The translations under genes were made by a program, and so were the position numbers. From positions 352,001 to 416,000 of the forward strand of contig CAWAWS010000016.1 in the NCBI GenBank assembly GCA_963785725.1: a DNA stretch of 64,000 nt. Reading direction: 5' to 3'. Origin of the DNA: an uncultured delta proteobacterium. GTDB taxonomy: Bacteria; Myxococcota_A; Polyangia; Palsa-1104. The notes under the pieces were generated by a model. That model made no database searches, was not told where the DNA came from, and saw nothing but the letters and a program-made list of their open reading frames with translations. Of the stretch, positions 32,304 through 44,300 are shown in pieces (within the stretch, counting starts at the first letter, position 1; each line of letters begins with the position of its first letter).

Positions 32304-33332
32304 ATGAAGCGGCCTCGGGAGCTGAAGATGATGCGTGGACGGCGAATCGGAGTGCTCATGGGCGGCCTGTCGAGCGAGCGCGATCAATCGATCCGCACGG
32401 GTGACGCGGTGCATGCGTCGCTCATCGAACGCGGCTACGACGCGGTCAAGGTGTTCGTCGACAGCGATTTGGATCTGCTTTTGCGCGCCGAACGCATCGA
32501 TATCGCGTTCTTGGCGCTGCATGGCCGCTACGGCGAGGACGGCTGCGTCCAAGGCATGCTCGAGCTGTTCGGCATTCCATACACGGGATCGTCGGTGCTG
32601 GCGTCGGCCTTGGCGATGGACAAGCTGAAGGCCAAAGAGCTGTTTCGACTACACAATGTGCCGACGCCGCCCTATTACGTGCACGTGCGCGGCGAGGGCG
32701 CGGCGGTCGAGCAGCACGGCAGCTTCGGCTTTCCGTCGGTGGTCAAGCCGCGCGCCGAAGGCTCGTCGCTCGGCGTCCGTCGCGTCGCCGAGGTGGACGA
32801 GCTGGAGTCGGCGATCGACGAGGCGCTGCGCTTCGACGATCATGCGCTGGTGGAGCGGTTCGTCGACGGGGCCGAGGTTCACGTGGCGCTGCTCGGCGGT
32901 CGTCCGCTCGGCGCCGTCGAGGTCGACCGCGCCGGCCGGCTGTTCGATTTCGCCGCCCGCCGCGCCAACGTCATGCCGCTCTATGCGCCGCCGCGGCTGT
33001 CGGTCGAGCGGCTGCGCGGCGCGTTGACGCTGGCCATGCGCGCGGCGCGAGCGCTCGAGTGCAGCGGGCTGTGCGAAGTGGATTTGGTGGTGAGCGAGCG
33101 CGGCAACGAGCAGGTGCTCGAGATCGACACGCAACCGTCGCTGGCACCGCATTCGCTCGTGCCCAAGATCGCGCACGCGGCCGGCTGGTCGTTCGACGAT
33201 CTGGTCGAGGCGATGCTGCACGAGGCGCAGCTGCACACGTCGAGTCGGTCGACGGGCGCGCGGCGGACGCGGCTGACCGAGGGCTACACCGGTCCCGAGC
33301 GCCGCACGCAGCCGACGTCGGAGCCGCACTAA
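32304..33332 (+). CDS. D-alanine--D-alanine ligase paralog with substituted catalytic residues
   Basis: GGLSSER, ALHGRYGEDG, PYTGS, MDK and VKPRAEGSS are intact, but CEVD and EIDTQPS replace the usual RxD and ExNTxPG. GGAG RBS before ATG 32304. Confidence 0.8.
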   Translation: MKRPRELKMMRGRRIGVLMGGLSSERDQSIRTGDAVHASLIERGYDAVKVFVDSDLDLLLRAERIDIAFLALHGRYGEDGCVQGMLELFGIPYTGSSVLASALAMDKLKAKELFRLHNVPTPPYYVHVRGEGAAVEQHGSFGFPSVVKPRAEGSSLGVRRVAEVDELESAIDEALRFDDHALVERFVDGAEVHVALLGGRPLGAVEVDRAGRLFDFAARRANVMPLYAPPRLSVERLRGALTLAMRAARALECSGLCEVDLVVSERGNEQVLEIDTQPSLAPHSLVPKIAHAAGWSFDDLVEAMLHEAQLHTSSRSTGARRTRLTEGYTGPERRTQPTSEPH

Positions 33333-33371
33333 GTGCCCAAAGCGATGACCGGATCGGAGCAGTCTCACTAA

Positions 33372-35153
33372 ATGAAGCGGGCGCGCCTGTGGCCGTTCGT
33401 CGCCATCGGCGGCGCGGGCGCGGTCGTGTGGGGCGCGGCCGTCGCGCAGCTCGTCTGGCGACCGCTGGCGCCGCGGCTGGAGGCCGATTTGGCGGCGGCG
33501 TTGGGCGTCGAGCGCGGCGCCGTTCACGTCGGTAGCGCGCGCTTCGGTTTTCCCGGCAAGCTCATCGTCGGCGATGTGTGGACGCGCGATCTCGCCCTCG
33601 GCCGCGCCGAAGTCACCGTCGATCCCTGGGTCGCGATCACCACCGGTCGCCTGAAGCCGTCGTCGCTGCGCGTCTTCGATGCGCGCGCGGCGCTCGGCCA
33701 CGTCGACGACGTCGAAGCCCACTTCGACGGCGGACGCGGCGACGCGCGCGTCACCTTGCGCGGCATCAACGTCTTCCCCGCCGCGCATTGGCTGGGCGGG
33801 CTCGACGCGCGCATCGGCGACGCCGGGCTGGAGTTGGAGAGCGGCACCGTCAAGCGCTTCGCCTTCGCGCAGACGCGCGTCGGCGGCATCGACGGGCTCG
33901 TCGGCTCGGCCGTGCGCGCCGCCGACGGCGCCTGGCTCGTTCGCGGCGCGCGACCGGGAATGGCCGCGACCGGCCGCCTCGGCGCCGACGGAGTCGACGG
34001 CGTCGCCCGCTTCGAGCGCATGCCGCTTTTCGGCGTGCCCGCGCCGCGCGGCCTCGACCTCGGGCAAGCGACCGCCGCCGGCACGCTCATCTTCGCCACC
34101 GATCGCCAAGGCGCCTCGGCGACGCTGGAGCTGGCCTTCGCCGGGGTCGCGCTCGACCATCCGGGCCTGTCGCGCAGCCGCGTCGATGGCGTGGCCGCGT
34201 CGGTGACGGGCGTCCTCGTGCGCGACCGCGACGGCCTGGCGGCGCGCGATCTCCACGTCGGCATCGGCCACGCCACCGTGCTCGTCGACGGCCGGCTCGA
34301 CGGCGACGGCCAGCTGTCGGGCAGCGCCACCCTGCCCCGCCTCGCCTGCGCCGACTTGCTGGCGTCGATTCCGCGGCCGCTCGTGCCGCACTTGGCCGGC
34401 CTCATCCTCGACGGCGACGTCGACGCGCGGCTGACGCTGTCGCTCGACATCCACGACGGCTCGACGCTGGCGGTCAAGCTCGACGGCAACAACGGCTGCC
34501 GCGCCCGCAGCGACGCCGCCCTCGCCGACGTCGCCAGCCTCGCGCACGCCGACGCGCCCACGCTCGTCGAGCACCTCGTCGACGGCGGCCGCAAATTCCC
34601 GCTGTCGGCGCGCAATCCGTCGTGGCGCGCCATCGGCGGCTTGCCGCCGCAGCTGGTGCGCGCGTTCGTCGTCTCCGAAGACGGCCGCTTCTTCAGCCAC
34701 CACGGCTTCGACGTCGAGGGCATGGGCAAGGCCATCGGCGCCGATCTCGACGCCGGCCGCTTCGAACGCGGCGCCTCGACGATCACGCAGCAGCTGGCGA
34801 AGAACCTGTGGCTCGACGGCGAACGCACTTTGTCGCGCAAGCTGGAAGAGGCCGTCTTGACCTGGCGCCTCGAGCAAGTGCTCGACAAGCGACGCATCCT
34901 CGAGATCTACATGAACCTCGTCGAGCTCGGGCCGGGCATCTTCGGGGTCGGTGACGCGGCCGAGAAGTACTTCGGCAAGCTGCCCGAGGAGCTGTCGGCC
35001 GACGAAGCGGCGCAGCTGGCCGCGCTGCCGCCGGCGCCGCGGCGCGGAATGGACGCCGCCTGGGCGCGGCGCTACAAGGCGCTCTCGGCGCGGCTGCCGT
35101 CGGAGCGCCCGCTGCAGCTGCCGCCGCCGTACCTGCAGCTCTCGAAACGCTAG
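33372..35153 (+). CDS. Monofunctional peptidoglycan transglycosylase (GT51) with a long N-terminal beta-rich domain
   Basis: SEDGRFFSHHGFD, GASTITQQLAKNL, RKLEE, KRRILEIYMN and GVGDAAEKYFGK. N-terminal membrane anchor. Confidence 0.85.
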   Translation: MKRARLWPFVAIGGAGAVVWGAAVAQLVWRPLAPRLEADLAAALGVERGAVHVGSARFGFPGKLIVGDVWTRDLALGRAEVTVDPWVAITTGRLKPSSLRVFDARAALGHVDDVEAHFDGGRGDARVTLRGINVFPAAHWLGGLDARIGDAGLELESGTVKRFAFAQTRVGGIDGLVGSAVRAADGAWLVRGARPGMAATGRLGADGVDGVARFERMPLFGVPAPRGLDLGQATAAGTLIFATDRQGASATLELAFAGVALDHPGLSRSRVDGVAASVTGVLVRDRDGLAARDLHVGIGHATVLVDGRLDGDGQLSGSATLPRLACADLLASIPRPLVPHLAGLILDGDVDARLTLSLDIHDGSTLAVKLDGNNGCRARSDAALADVASLAHADAPTLVEHLVDGGRKFPLSARNPSWRAIGGLPPQLVRAFVVSEDGRFFSHHGFDVEGMGKAIGADLDAGRFERGASTITQQLAKNLWLDGERTLSRKLEEAVLTWRLEQVLDKRRILEIYMNLVELGPGIFGVGDAAEKYFGKLPEELSADEAAQLAALPPAPRRGMDAAWARRYKALSARLPSERPLQLPPPYLQLSKR

Positions 35154-35215
35154 TCGGACTAGGACTTCGGACGCTTCGACGGTCGCTGTGCGGCCGGCCG
35201 ACTACGAACGCAGCG

Positions 35216-35983
<768 letters not shown>

Positions 35984-36008
35984 GGTCGCGCGATCGTCGA
36001 TTGTAGAC

Positions 36009-38447
36009 TCACGAGCGGCCTCGCGGCAAGGACGTCTTCGGGGTGGGATTCGTAGATTCGCCATCGCGATCGCGTAACGGCTGTATGTTGGTAGCCGTCA
36101 CCAGGTCGCCGTCGTCTTCTTCGTCACCATCGATCTCCTCCACATCCTCGGCCGAAAGCTCGACCGGACCCGAGCCTTCGCCGCCCAACGCCTCGTAGAA
36201 TCGCCGCGAGAAGGCGCGCACGACGGTGCCGTCGCCGCCCTCGCCCGCCCGCACGTCGTGGTCGGCGGCGCGTACTTGTCCCACCATGCCGAGCGCGCGC
36301 TGGGCCGACGCGGCGACGAGCGCGTCGCGACCGCCGCTCAAGGCTTCGACCGCCGTGCGACCGGCCGCGCTGCGCGCCGCGACCTGCGCCAGCGCCTCGA
36401 CGACCCGTTCGCGCCCTTCACCGTCGACGTCGCGCAGCCGCGTGGCCAGCGCCGTCGTCGCCAGCGGCCCCATGTCGCCGAGCGCGCGCGCCACTTCGGT
36501 CCAAATCTCCGTCGGCTCGACCACCAAGAGCTCCGCCAACGCCTCGGCCGACTGCGGCGACGCCAGCGCCCCCAGCGCCAACGCGCAACCTTGGCGCAGG
36601 AACGACTTCTTCGACTTGAGGCCTTCGAGCAGCCAGCGCTCGGCGACCTGGCCGAACCGCGGCACCGCCGGCAGGACGCGGTTGGCCTCGGCGCGCGTCA
36701 TGCGACGGATGGCACCGAAGACCGCCGCCAGCGTCGGCGTCTCGTGGCGCTCGCAGAGCACGACCGCGGCTTCGCGGCGCAGATCCTTTTGCTCGAGCAG
36801 CGACACCAGCTCCGCCGTCGCCAGGGTGCGCAGGTCGATGCCGCCGCCCGACTGACCGACGCGCGCCCGCTTGAGCGACGACTGCGCCAGCTTGCGCACC
36901 TGATCGTCGATGACGACACCGACGAGCGCGCACTCGCGCAGGAGCAGCTCCCAGTTGTCGGCCTCCTCGGTCGCCGACAGATCATTGGGCTTGAGGCGCG
37001 CCGCGATCTCGGTGAAGCGCTTGACCTGAAGCTCGAGCAGCTCCGCCCATGACGGCAAGGGCGCGCCGTGCTCCTTGGCGGAGCGCTCGACCATCGCGCG
37101 CGACACGGCGATGCCCACGTCGAGCGCCCGCCGCACCACGCGCGCCCGCATCTGCCGCCAGCGCGCCAGCGGCAGCGAGCGAATCTCCACCAAATAGGCC
37201 TCGGCGTTGGGCTCGCTCCAGCGCACCACCGTCGACAGCGCCGCGCGCACGAGCCCGGGCCGATCGAGCAGCTCGTTCTCTTCCGGCAGCTCGATCGTCG
37301 TGCGCCCCAGCCGATCGTAGCCGGGCGAGAGGAACTGCGTGCGCGCGCGCTCGAAGCTGCGCGTCGCCGGCGCCAGCCGATCGAGCGCGTCCTTGGCCTC
37401 GGCGACGAGGCGGCGCACGTTCTCTTCCAGCGGCGCCGTCACTTCGTAGGCCACGACCGGCAGATACTGCGAGTCATACAGGTCGAGCGCGAAGCTGCAG
37501 CGACGGCCGAGCGCCTCGAGCACGACGCGATGGGCGGCGCGGGCGACGTCGAGCGGCACCGTCAACAGGCGCGTCTCCTCCGGTCGCGGCCGCACCGAGC
37601 CGCCCGCCGTCGGCACGTCGATCGCCAGCAGCGTCAGCGACAGGAGCGGATAGGACGGCAGGCGATGCAGCTGCACGCGCAGCTCGACCTGGCCGGGAAT
37701 GAACGCTTCCAGCGCCGCCGGCGGCAACGAGGCGCACACGAGCACGCGATCCTCGACGAGGAAGGCCGCCGCGCTCTCGCGACCGGCGATCCAGCGCTCG
37801 GTCACGGCGGCGCGCGGATCGGGCACGCTGACGTGTACGCGCGTGTGGCTGTCGGAGTCGCCGCCGCGCCAGACCCGCTGCGGCATCGGCGTCGGCGTCA
37901 GATCTTCGTCGCGCAAGGAGGGCAAGAGCGACAGCGACGGCGAGGGCTTGCTGTCGCGATCGCGCGGCAGCTCGATGGCGCCCGCCAGATCTTCGGGCGT
38001 CAGCACGTTCACCGGCGTCGAGCGCTCGAAGGCGATCTCGACCGGCGACGGCGCATGCAGCGGCGACGTCAGCCCGGCGACGCCGAAGATCACCTCGGGC
38101 GCCAAGACGTAATCGGGCGGCGCCACCAGATCCTCGGCCAGCTGCGTGAACAGCGCCGCGCGCTCGGCCAATTCGCGGTGGCGCGCCCCGTCGGGCAGCA
38201 CGAGCACCAGCCGCTGCGCCGCGCCGTCGTGGAAGAGCACCGGCACCTGCACGTCCGACTCGGCGGCGCACGACGGGCAGCGCACGCGGTTGAGCAGGCC
38301 CGCGTGCAGCCGGCGCGTCTCGTCGGCGTCGCGGGCGTCGACGGCGCGCCAGACCTCGGCGCCGAAGCGCTGACCACACGAACAGGCGTACACCACACGC
38401 TCGCGGCGCGTGGTTACACTGCGACCGGCATAGACGCGGCTCGCCAT
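36009..38447 (-). CDS. CpXC zinc-binding domain protein with C-terminal HEAT repeats
   Basis: YACSCG..F...LN...CPSC......PVLFHD N-terminus; HEAT-like LRQGCALALG and EVARALG repeats; acidic tail. Confidence 0.65.
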   Translation of the reverse strand: MASRVYAGRSVTTRRERVVYACSCGQRFGAEVWRAVDARDADETRRLHAGLLNRVRCPSCAAESDVQVPVLFHDGAAQRLVLVLPDGARHRELAERAALFTQLAEDLVAPPDYVLAPEVIFGVAGLTSPLHAPSPVEIAFERSTPVNVLTPEDLAGAIELPRDRDSKPSPSLSLLPSLRDEDLTPTPMPQRVWRGGDSDSHTRVHVSVPDPRAAVTERWIAGRESAAAFLVEDRVLVCASLPPAALEAFIPGQVELRVQLHRLPSYPLLSLTLLAIDVPTAGGSVRPRPEETRLLTVPLDVARAAHRVVLEALGRRCSFALDLYDSQYLPVVAYEVTAPLEENVRRLVAEAKDALDRLAPATRSFERARTQFLSPGYDRLGRTTIELPEENELLDRPGLVRAALSTVVRWSEPNAEAYLVEIRSLPLARWRQMRARVVRRALDVGIAVSRAMVERSAKEHGAPLPSWAELLELQVKRFTEIAARLKPNDLSATEEADNWELLLRECALVGVVIDDQVRKLAQSSLKRARVGQSGGGIDLRTLATAELVSLLEQKDLRREAAVVLCERHETPTLAAVFGAIRRMTRAEANRVLPAVPRFGQVAERWLLEGLKSKKSFLRQGCALALGALASPQSAEALAELLVVEPTEIWTEVARALGDMGPLATTALATRLRDVDGEGRERVVEALAQVAARSAAGRTAVEALSGGRDALVAASAQRALGMVGQVRAADHDVRAGEGGDGTVVRAFSRRFYEALGGEGSGPVELSAEDVEEIDGDEEDDGDLVTATNIQPLRDRDGESTNPTPKTSLPRGRS

Positions 38448-38492
38448 GGTCTTCGATTATCACGCGCGCCGAAGTTGCGGTAAAGGAGCAAC

Positions 38493-39038
38493 ATGACCAC
38501 TCCCGACCAGGTTCACCCTTTTCTCGAAGCCGCCCGTCGTTACGTCCAGCGGGCGCTGGGGGTCGAGCTCGATGGCAGCGACACTTCGCTCGCTTTCGTC
38601 GACCATTACATTGACAAAACGGCGCGGGCGGAGGCGCTCAAGCCGGACGTGCTGGCCCTGATCGCGCCGGCGCTGGGGGCCTACTTCGGCGAGGTGGTGA
38701 TCGCGCGGCTGGGCGGCCATTGGCTCATCGAGGACGCCGATCCCAACCATTGGCGCGTCGAGCTCGAGCCGGCGCCGGTGACGTTCAGCCCGGTGGGCAT
38801 GGCGGCCGAGGCGCTGCGCGGCGGCGAGGTCGACGGCTTCGACGGCGCGTTCCTGACGCGAAATGACCTGATGGGGCCGCTGTCACAGGCGCTGGAGGGC
38901 GCGCCGCCCGTCGACGAAGGCTATTATTACTCGCTGACCGGCCGGCTCGAGACGCTCGAGCACGTGACCGATCTGCTGGTCGAGATCGAGCGCAAGCGCC
39001 GCGAGCCGTCGTCCGGCGGCGACAGCGACGCCAATTAA
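38493..39038 (+). CDS. Conserved hypothetical protein (LD.S..SL..VD / GAYFGEV motif family)
   Basis: AAGGAG RBS; LGVELDGSDTSLAFVDHY...LGAYFGEVVI..LGGHW. Confidence 0.7.
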   Translation: MTTPDQVHPFLEAARRYVQRALGVELDGSDTSLAFVDHYIDKTARAEALKPDVLALIAPALGAYFGEVVIARLGGHWLIEDADPNHWRVELEPAPVTFSPVGMAAEALRGGEVDGFDGAFLTRNDLMGPLSQALEGAPPVDEGYYYSLTGRLETLEHVTDLLVEIERKRREPSSGGDSDAN

Positions 39039-40003
39039 CGCGTCTTGGGCGCGGCCTCGAGCACGACGTTGCCGTGCAGCGCCGTCAGCTCGAGCACGGG
39101 GCCGCCGCCCAAGTGGTCGCCTTGCAGCGTCGTCGGCGAGCCGACCTCGTGGTCGAGCGTAAAGCCGCTCTTGACCGCGCCCGCCGGCGCCCGCGCGCTC
39201 AGCGTAAACGGCACGCGCTCGAGGACCAGCTTGACGTCGCCCTCGCGCGTCGCCAGCTCGTAACGCCCGCCCGGACGCAACGACCCGATGAGCACGACCC
39301 CGCCCGCCGACGAGAACAGCCGCACCAGCGGCGAGCGAATGCGCCGCGCCGTGATGCGCCCTTCGACGACCTTGACCTCGATCAGCTCGCCGTCGACCGC
39401 GTCGAGCTCGACGTCGCCGGTGACGCCGTCGGCTTCGACGTTGCCCTTGATCGACGACAGATGCTGGCGACCCCGCATGGCGTTCGTCCGCACTTCGCCT
39501 TCGATGTCGTTGGCGCGCACTTCCCCGCCGTTCGACGACAAGGCCGCGCCGGCGCGAAATCCGGTGGCGTCGATGTCGCCCGACCACGTCTGCGCCCGCA
39601 GCGCCACGTTGCGCGGCGCGTCCACGGTCAGGTCGATGCCCGCGCTCTTGCCGCCCGGCAGCGACAGAAAGCCGTCACGGACGCGGACGCCGGTGCGAAT
39701 GCGAATGCGCCCATCGACCATCTCGACGTTGACGCGCAGCTGGTCGAGCGTGGCCGCGTCGGCCGCGTGCTTCTTGGCGACGATGCGCACTTCCGGCTTG
39801 TCCCAGCCGTTCAACGCCAGCGCGCCCAGCGGCTGATCGATGGCGATCGACTCGGCATTCGGCGCCGGCATGTAGACGAAGTTGACCTCTTGCTCCTCGG
39901 CCAGAGCCACCGACGGCAACAGCAGCAGCGCCAGCGCCAACCGCGCCGAGCGCGACGAAATTTCGCCGTGCGCGCGCATCGTCGTTCTCAACGCGGCTCC
40001 CAC
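39035..40003 (-). CDS. Secreted DUF4097-like beta-strand repeat protein
   Basis: Signal peptide ...LLLLPSVALA; repeated T.SGDI / S.GG.V / T..GDV units. Last gene of the ECF operon; start uncertain. Confidence 0.7.
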   Translation of the reverse strand: MGAALRTTMRAHGEISSRSARLALALLLLPSVALAEEQEVNFVYMPAPNAESIAIDQPLGALALNGWDKPEVRIVAKKHAADAATLDQLRVNVEMVDGRIRIRTGVRVRDGFLSLPGGKSAGIDLTVDAPRNVALRAQTWSGDIDATGFRAGAALSSNGGEVRANDIEGEVRTNAMRGRQHLSSIKGNVEADGVTGDVELDAVDGELIEVKVVEGRITARRIRSPLVRLFSSAGGVVLIGSLRPGGRYELATREGDVKLVLERVPFTLSARAPAGAVKSGFTLDHEVGSPTTLQGDHLGGGPVLELTALHGNVVLEAAPKTR

Positions 40004-40638
40004 ATCGCTTGACGCATCATTTGGTCTTCGTAGAAGCGGATCTCTTTGCGATAGGCGGCAAAGAGCAGCTCCTCGGCGTCGGGATCGGCCGGACGCTCAC
40101 CGGCGACGGCGTGACAGCGCGCCACCGCCGCCTCCAGCTGCGACTGCGCGGCGTCGTACTCGGCGCGCTTGGGCGGCTGCCACGCTTCGCGCTGCCGCTC
40201 GGCGACGGTGCGCAGCTCCTCGACGGCGCGGCGATAGTGCGCGTCGGCGGCGCGGAACTCGGACTCGGCCTGCGCGATGACGAGATCGTCCGACAGGCCG
40301 CGCCCTTTGTGCCAGCGCAACACGCCGCCGCCGATCGCCGCCGCCGCCGCCAACGCCAGCGACGGGATCGCGAAACGACGGCGCCACCACGGCAGCGCCG
40401 CGGCGAACAGCGGCTTCGGCGGCTCGGCGGCCAGCCGATTGACGAGCACGCTCCAGTTGTCCTGCCCTTCGACGTTCGGCAGCGACGAGAGCCCGCGCAC
40501 CAGCTGCGACATCGCGTCGAGCTCGTGGCGACAATCGGCGCAGTCGTCGACGTGGCGGCGCAGCTTGTCGGCCTCGGCCGGCGCCAGCTCACCGTCGAGC
40601 AGCGCCGACAGCTTGGCCTGATTGCGCGCGCAGCTCAT
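39988..40638 (-). CDS. Zinc-finger (zf-HC2) transmembrane anti-sigma factor
   Basis: LSALLDGEL...HVDDCADC (HxxxCxxC) followed by one TM segment. Overlaps the sigma stop. Confidence 0.85.
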   Translation of the reverse strand: MSCARNQAKLSALLDGELAPAEADKLRRHVDDCADCRHELDAMSQLVRGLSSLPNVEGQDNWSVLVNRLAAEPPKPLFAAALPWWRRRFAIPSLALAAAAAIGGGVLRWHKGRGLSDDLVIAQAESEFRAADAHYRRAVEELRTVAERQREAWQPPKRAEYDAAQSQLEAAVARCHAVAGERPADPDAEELLFAAYRKEIRFYEDQMMRQAMWEPR

Positions 40639-41216
40639 TTACGCTCTCCGAGGAGATCGCGCATTTTGGCGCGCGCCTTGTGCAGCTGCGACTTCGACGT
40701 GCCCACGCGGCAGCCGAGAATTTCCGCGATCTCTTCGTGCTGCAAGCCTTCGACGTCGTGCAGCACGAGGACGGCGCGATAACCGGCCGGCAGCCGCCTG
40801 AGCGCGTCCTCGAGCTTGGCGCGCAGCCGCGGATCGGCCGACGGACCCTCCTCGGCCGGCAACGCCATGAGCGCATCTTCACCGAGATCACGCTTTTGCC
40901 GCGCCTGCGTGCGCGTGGCGTGCGACAAGGCCGCGTTCACCGACAGGCGATACATCCACGTCGACAATTGCGCGTCGCCGCGGAACTTATCGAGGCCGCG
41001 GAAGGCGCGCAAAAACACCTCTTGCGCCAGCTCCTCGGCATCTTGCGCACCGACGATGCGCGCGATCAGCGAGAACACGCGGCGACGGTAACGCTCGTAA
41101 AACGCGTGCAGCGCCTGGCGTTCGCCGCGGCGACACGCCTCGACCAGCGCTTGCTCGTCACTGGCAATGGCGGGAGCGCGGCTCATCGTCAGTGGTTTCA
41201 CCAAGGCGACCGTCAC
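40635..41216 (-). CDS. ECF RNA polymerase sigma factor
   Basis: DAEELAQEVFLRA...FRG...STWMYR; LPAGYRAVLVLHDVEGL.HEEIA..LG...GT.KSQL.KAR. Start is GTG 41216 or ATG 41186. Confidence 0.92.
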   Translation of the reverse strand: MTVALVKPLTMSRAPAIASDEQALVEACRRGERQALHAFYERYRRRVFSLIARIVGAQDAEELAQEVFLRAFRGLDKFRGDAQLSTWMYRLSVNAALSHATRTQARQKRDLGEDALMALPAEEGPSADPRLRAKLEDALRRLPAGYRAVLVLHDVEGLQHEEIAEILGCRVGTSKSQLHKARAKMRDLLGERK

Positions 41217-41222
41217 TCCCTA

Positions 41223-41250
41223 TCGACACCCGGAAACGTCACCGGGTTGC
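41223..41250 (-). promoter_or_regulatory. Possible ECF-type autoregulatory promoter
   Basis: On the minus strand, GCAACC-N16-TGTCGA immediately upstream of the ECF gene matches the AAC.../GTC pattern of many ECF promoters. Confidence 0.4.
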
Positions 41251-41310
41251 CTCTCATTATACTGATTCGCGTCCAGAATCCAGCCAAACGCGTGCTAGGG
41301 TTCCGAGCGC

Positions 41311-44300
41311 GTGAGCGGACTGGTACTGGCGTGCTTCTTTCTATCGGGCGCTTCCGGCCTGGTGTTCGAAGCGGTATGGACACGCGAGCTGACGCTCGTG
41401 TTCGGCTCGACGGCGCTGGCGATGTCGACGGTGCTGTCGGTCTTCATGGGCGGCTTGGCCGTCGGCTCGTGGCTGGCCGGCCGTTGGGCCGACAAGATCG
41501 GCGACCGCGTGCGCGCTTACGCGCTGGCCGAGGCCGGCGTCGGCGTCTACGCGCTGGTCGTGCCGTTCGTCTTGGCGGGCTATCCGGCGCTGAACGCGGC
41601 CATGTATCGCGTGCTCGGCAATTCGCTCGTCGGGCTGTCGCTGGCGCGCTTCATCGCCGCTGCCCTGCTCTTGCTCGTGCCGACGACGTTGATGGGCGCG
41701 ACGTTGCCGCTCTTGTCGCGCCATTTCGTGCGCGACGACGGCACCTCCACCATCGCCGGCACCGTCGGCAGGCTCTACTCGCTCAACACGTTCGGCGCGG
41801 TCGTCGGCACCTTCATCGGCGGCTTCGTCCTCTTGCCCGGCGTCGGCGTCCGCGCCACGAATTATGCGGCTGCAGCCACCAACTTGACGCTCGCCGCCGC
41901 CGTCCTCCTCGCGAAAAAGCGCCTGCGCGTGCGCGAAGACGACCTGTCGACGATGGAGATCCCCGTCGATCCCGACGCTGCAGTCGTCGCGCCGCCGCCG
42001 ACTTACTCGGCGAGCGCCATCGGCCGCCGCGTCGCGTTGGCCGCGTTCGCCGTCTCCGGCGCCATCGCCATGGTCGACCAAGTCTTATGGACGCGCGCGC
42101 TCGCCATCATCATCGGCAGCTCCGTCTACTCCTTCACTTTGATCTTACTAGCATTTTTGGTCGGCCTCGCGGGCGGCGCGGCGATCTTGTCGCGCCTGAC
42201 CGCGCGCACGACGCGACCGATGGAGTGGCTCGCCGGCGTGCACCTCGCCACCGCCGCCATGATCGGCGTCTCCTACGTCATCATGGACAAGCTGCCCGCG
42301 GCCTTCTTGGGCCTCTTGCGTGGCGGCGCCTTTTCCGTCGACGGCATCATCTTCTGCCAGTTCCTCTTGGCCGCGCTCGCGGTGTTGCCGGCCACGTTGT
42401 GCATGGGCGGCGTTTTGCCGCTGACCATCCGCGTCGTCGCCGCCAGCCTGCAGTCGGTCGGCCGCGACGTCGGCACCGCCTACTCCATCAACACGTTGGG
42501 CGCGATCGTCGGCTCGTTCGCGGCCGGCTTCATCGTGCTGCCGTTCCTCGGCCTCCAGCGCGGCTTGGCGTTGGGCGCGATGTTGACGGTGCTGCTGGCC
42601 GCCGCGCTCTTGATCGCGGCGCGCCCGTCGGTCAAGCGCGTGGCGACGGCGCTGGTGTTCCCGCTGGCGACGCTCGTCATCATGCATTCCTTGCCGCGCT
42701 GGAGCCTGACCCACTTCTCGGCGGGCCTGTTTCGCGTCTCGATCGCCAAGGACATCATCGAGTCGAACAAGTGGGCGCTGCCGCTGCTCGACTACTATCA
42801 CGACGGCATCGCGACGACGGTGAGCGTCGAGCGCTGGTCGAAGACGGTGGCGCTCAAGAACAACGGCAAGGTCGACGCCTCGAACGGCGATGACATGTCG
42901 ACGCAGATCATGGTCGGGCTCATGCCCTTCGTGTTCTGGAACGCCGCGCATCCGAACGCGACCGTCGGGCCGCGCGCCGCCGTCATCGGCTTCGGCTCGG
43001 GCGTGACCATCGGCGCCGTCACGCAATATCCGATCAAGCACGCCGACGTCGTCGAGCTCGAGCCGGCCGTGGTCTACGCGGGCACGAAATATTTCGCGAA
43101 GTGGAACCACATGCCCGAGCAGAACCCGAAGGTGCGCGTGCTCATCGGCGACGGGCGCAACTTCCTGACGCAGGCGTCGGACAAGTACGACGTCATCATC
43201 TCCGAGCCGTCGAACCCGTGGATCACCGGCGTCTCCAACCTATTCACGGTCGATTACTGGAAGCTGGCGCGCTCGCGGCTGGCCGACGACGGCGTCTTCT
43301 GTCAGTGGGCGCAGCTGTACGAAATGTCGTCGAAGAACATCAAGATCATCCTGCGCTCGTTCGCCGAGGTCTTCCCCTACACCTACGTGTTCTCGGCCGA
43401 GGATCTGTCGTCGGACGTCATCTTGGTGGCGACGAATCATCCGCTGCCGCTCGACGTCGCGGCGTTGGCGCGCAACTTCATCGACCCGACGTTGAAGGCC
43501 GAGCTCAAGCGCGGCGGCGTCGAATCGGCCGAAGACCTCGTCTCGTATTTGCTGCTGACGCCCGACGAAATCCCGGCGTTCACGGCCGGCTCGCCGCTCA
43601 ACACCGACGACGACGCCATCATCGAGTTCGGCGCGCCGCGCGATCTGCTCGGCTCGACGCGCACGGCCGATCCCTACTTGGCGCGCGTCTACGCCAGCGA
43701 ATGGCCCTATGGTCGCTTCGATCGTTACTTGGTCGGCCTCGGCGACGGTGACGCCAAAGCCGCGACCGAGCTGCGTCTGGCGCACTCGCTGCTCGCGCAC
43801 GGCAAGCGCGCGGCCGCCGATCGGTTCATCAAGCGCGCCCGTCGCCACGGCGCGCCGCCCGGCTCACGCACGGAGCAGATCGCGCAGCTGCTCGGCGAGC
43901 ACGACCCCGACGATCGCGAGGTGCCGCTGTCCGAGACCGCGCCCGGCGACGATGATCCGACGGGCCTGGCCGGCCTCGATCCGCCGATCTTGCCGAGCGA
44001 TCCGCGCGCCGCGCAGGATTATCTCGTCGTGCAAAAGGCGGTGCGGCTGCGGGCGTGGGCGCATGCGTTGATGGCGATGCGCAAGTGGCCGGAGAACTGG
44101 ATCGATCAAGGCGGCAAAGATCTCGAGCTCCTGCTCGGCTATCTCTTGTACAAGGCCGACCTCGACGACGAAGCGGTCGATCGGTTGAAGCCGCTGGCCG
44201 ACGATCAAGCGTACGCGGCGCGCCGCCCGGCCGTGCTCTATTACTTGGCGCGCGCCGAATATGGCAACGGCATCTTCGAAGCCTCGGTGCGCAACACGGA

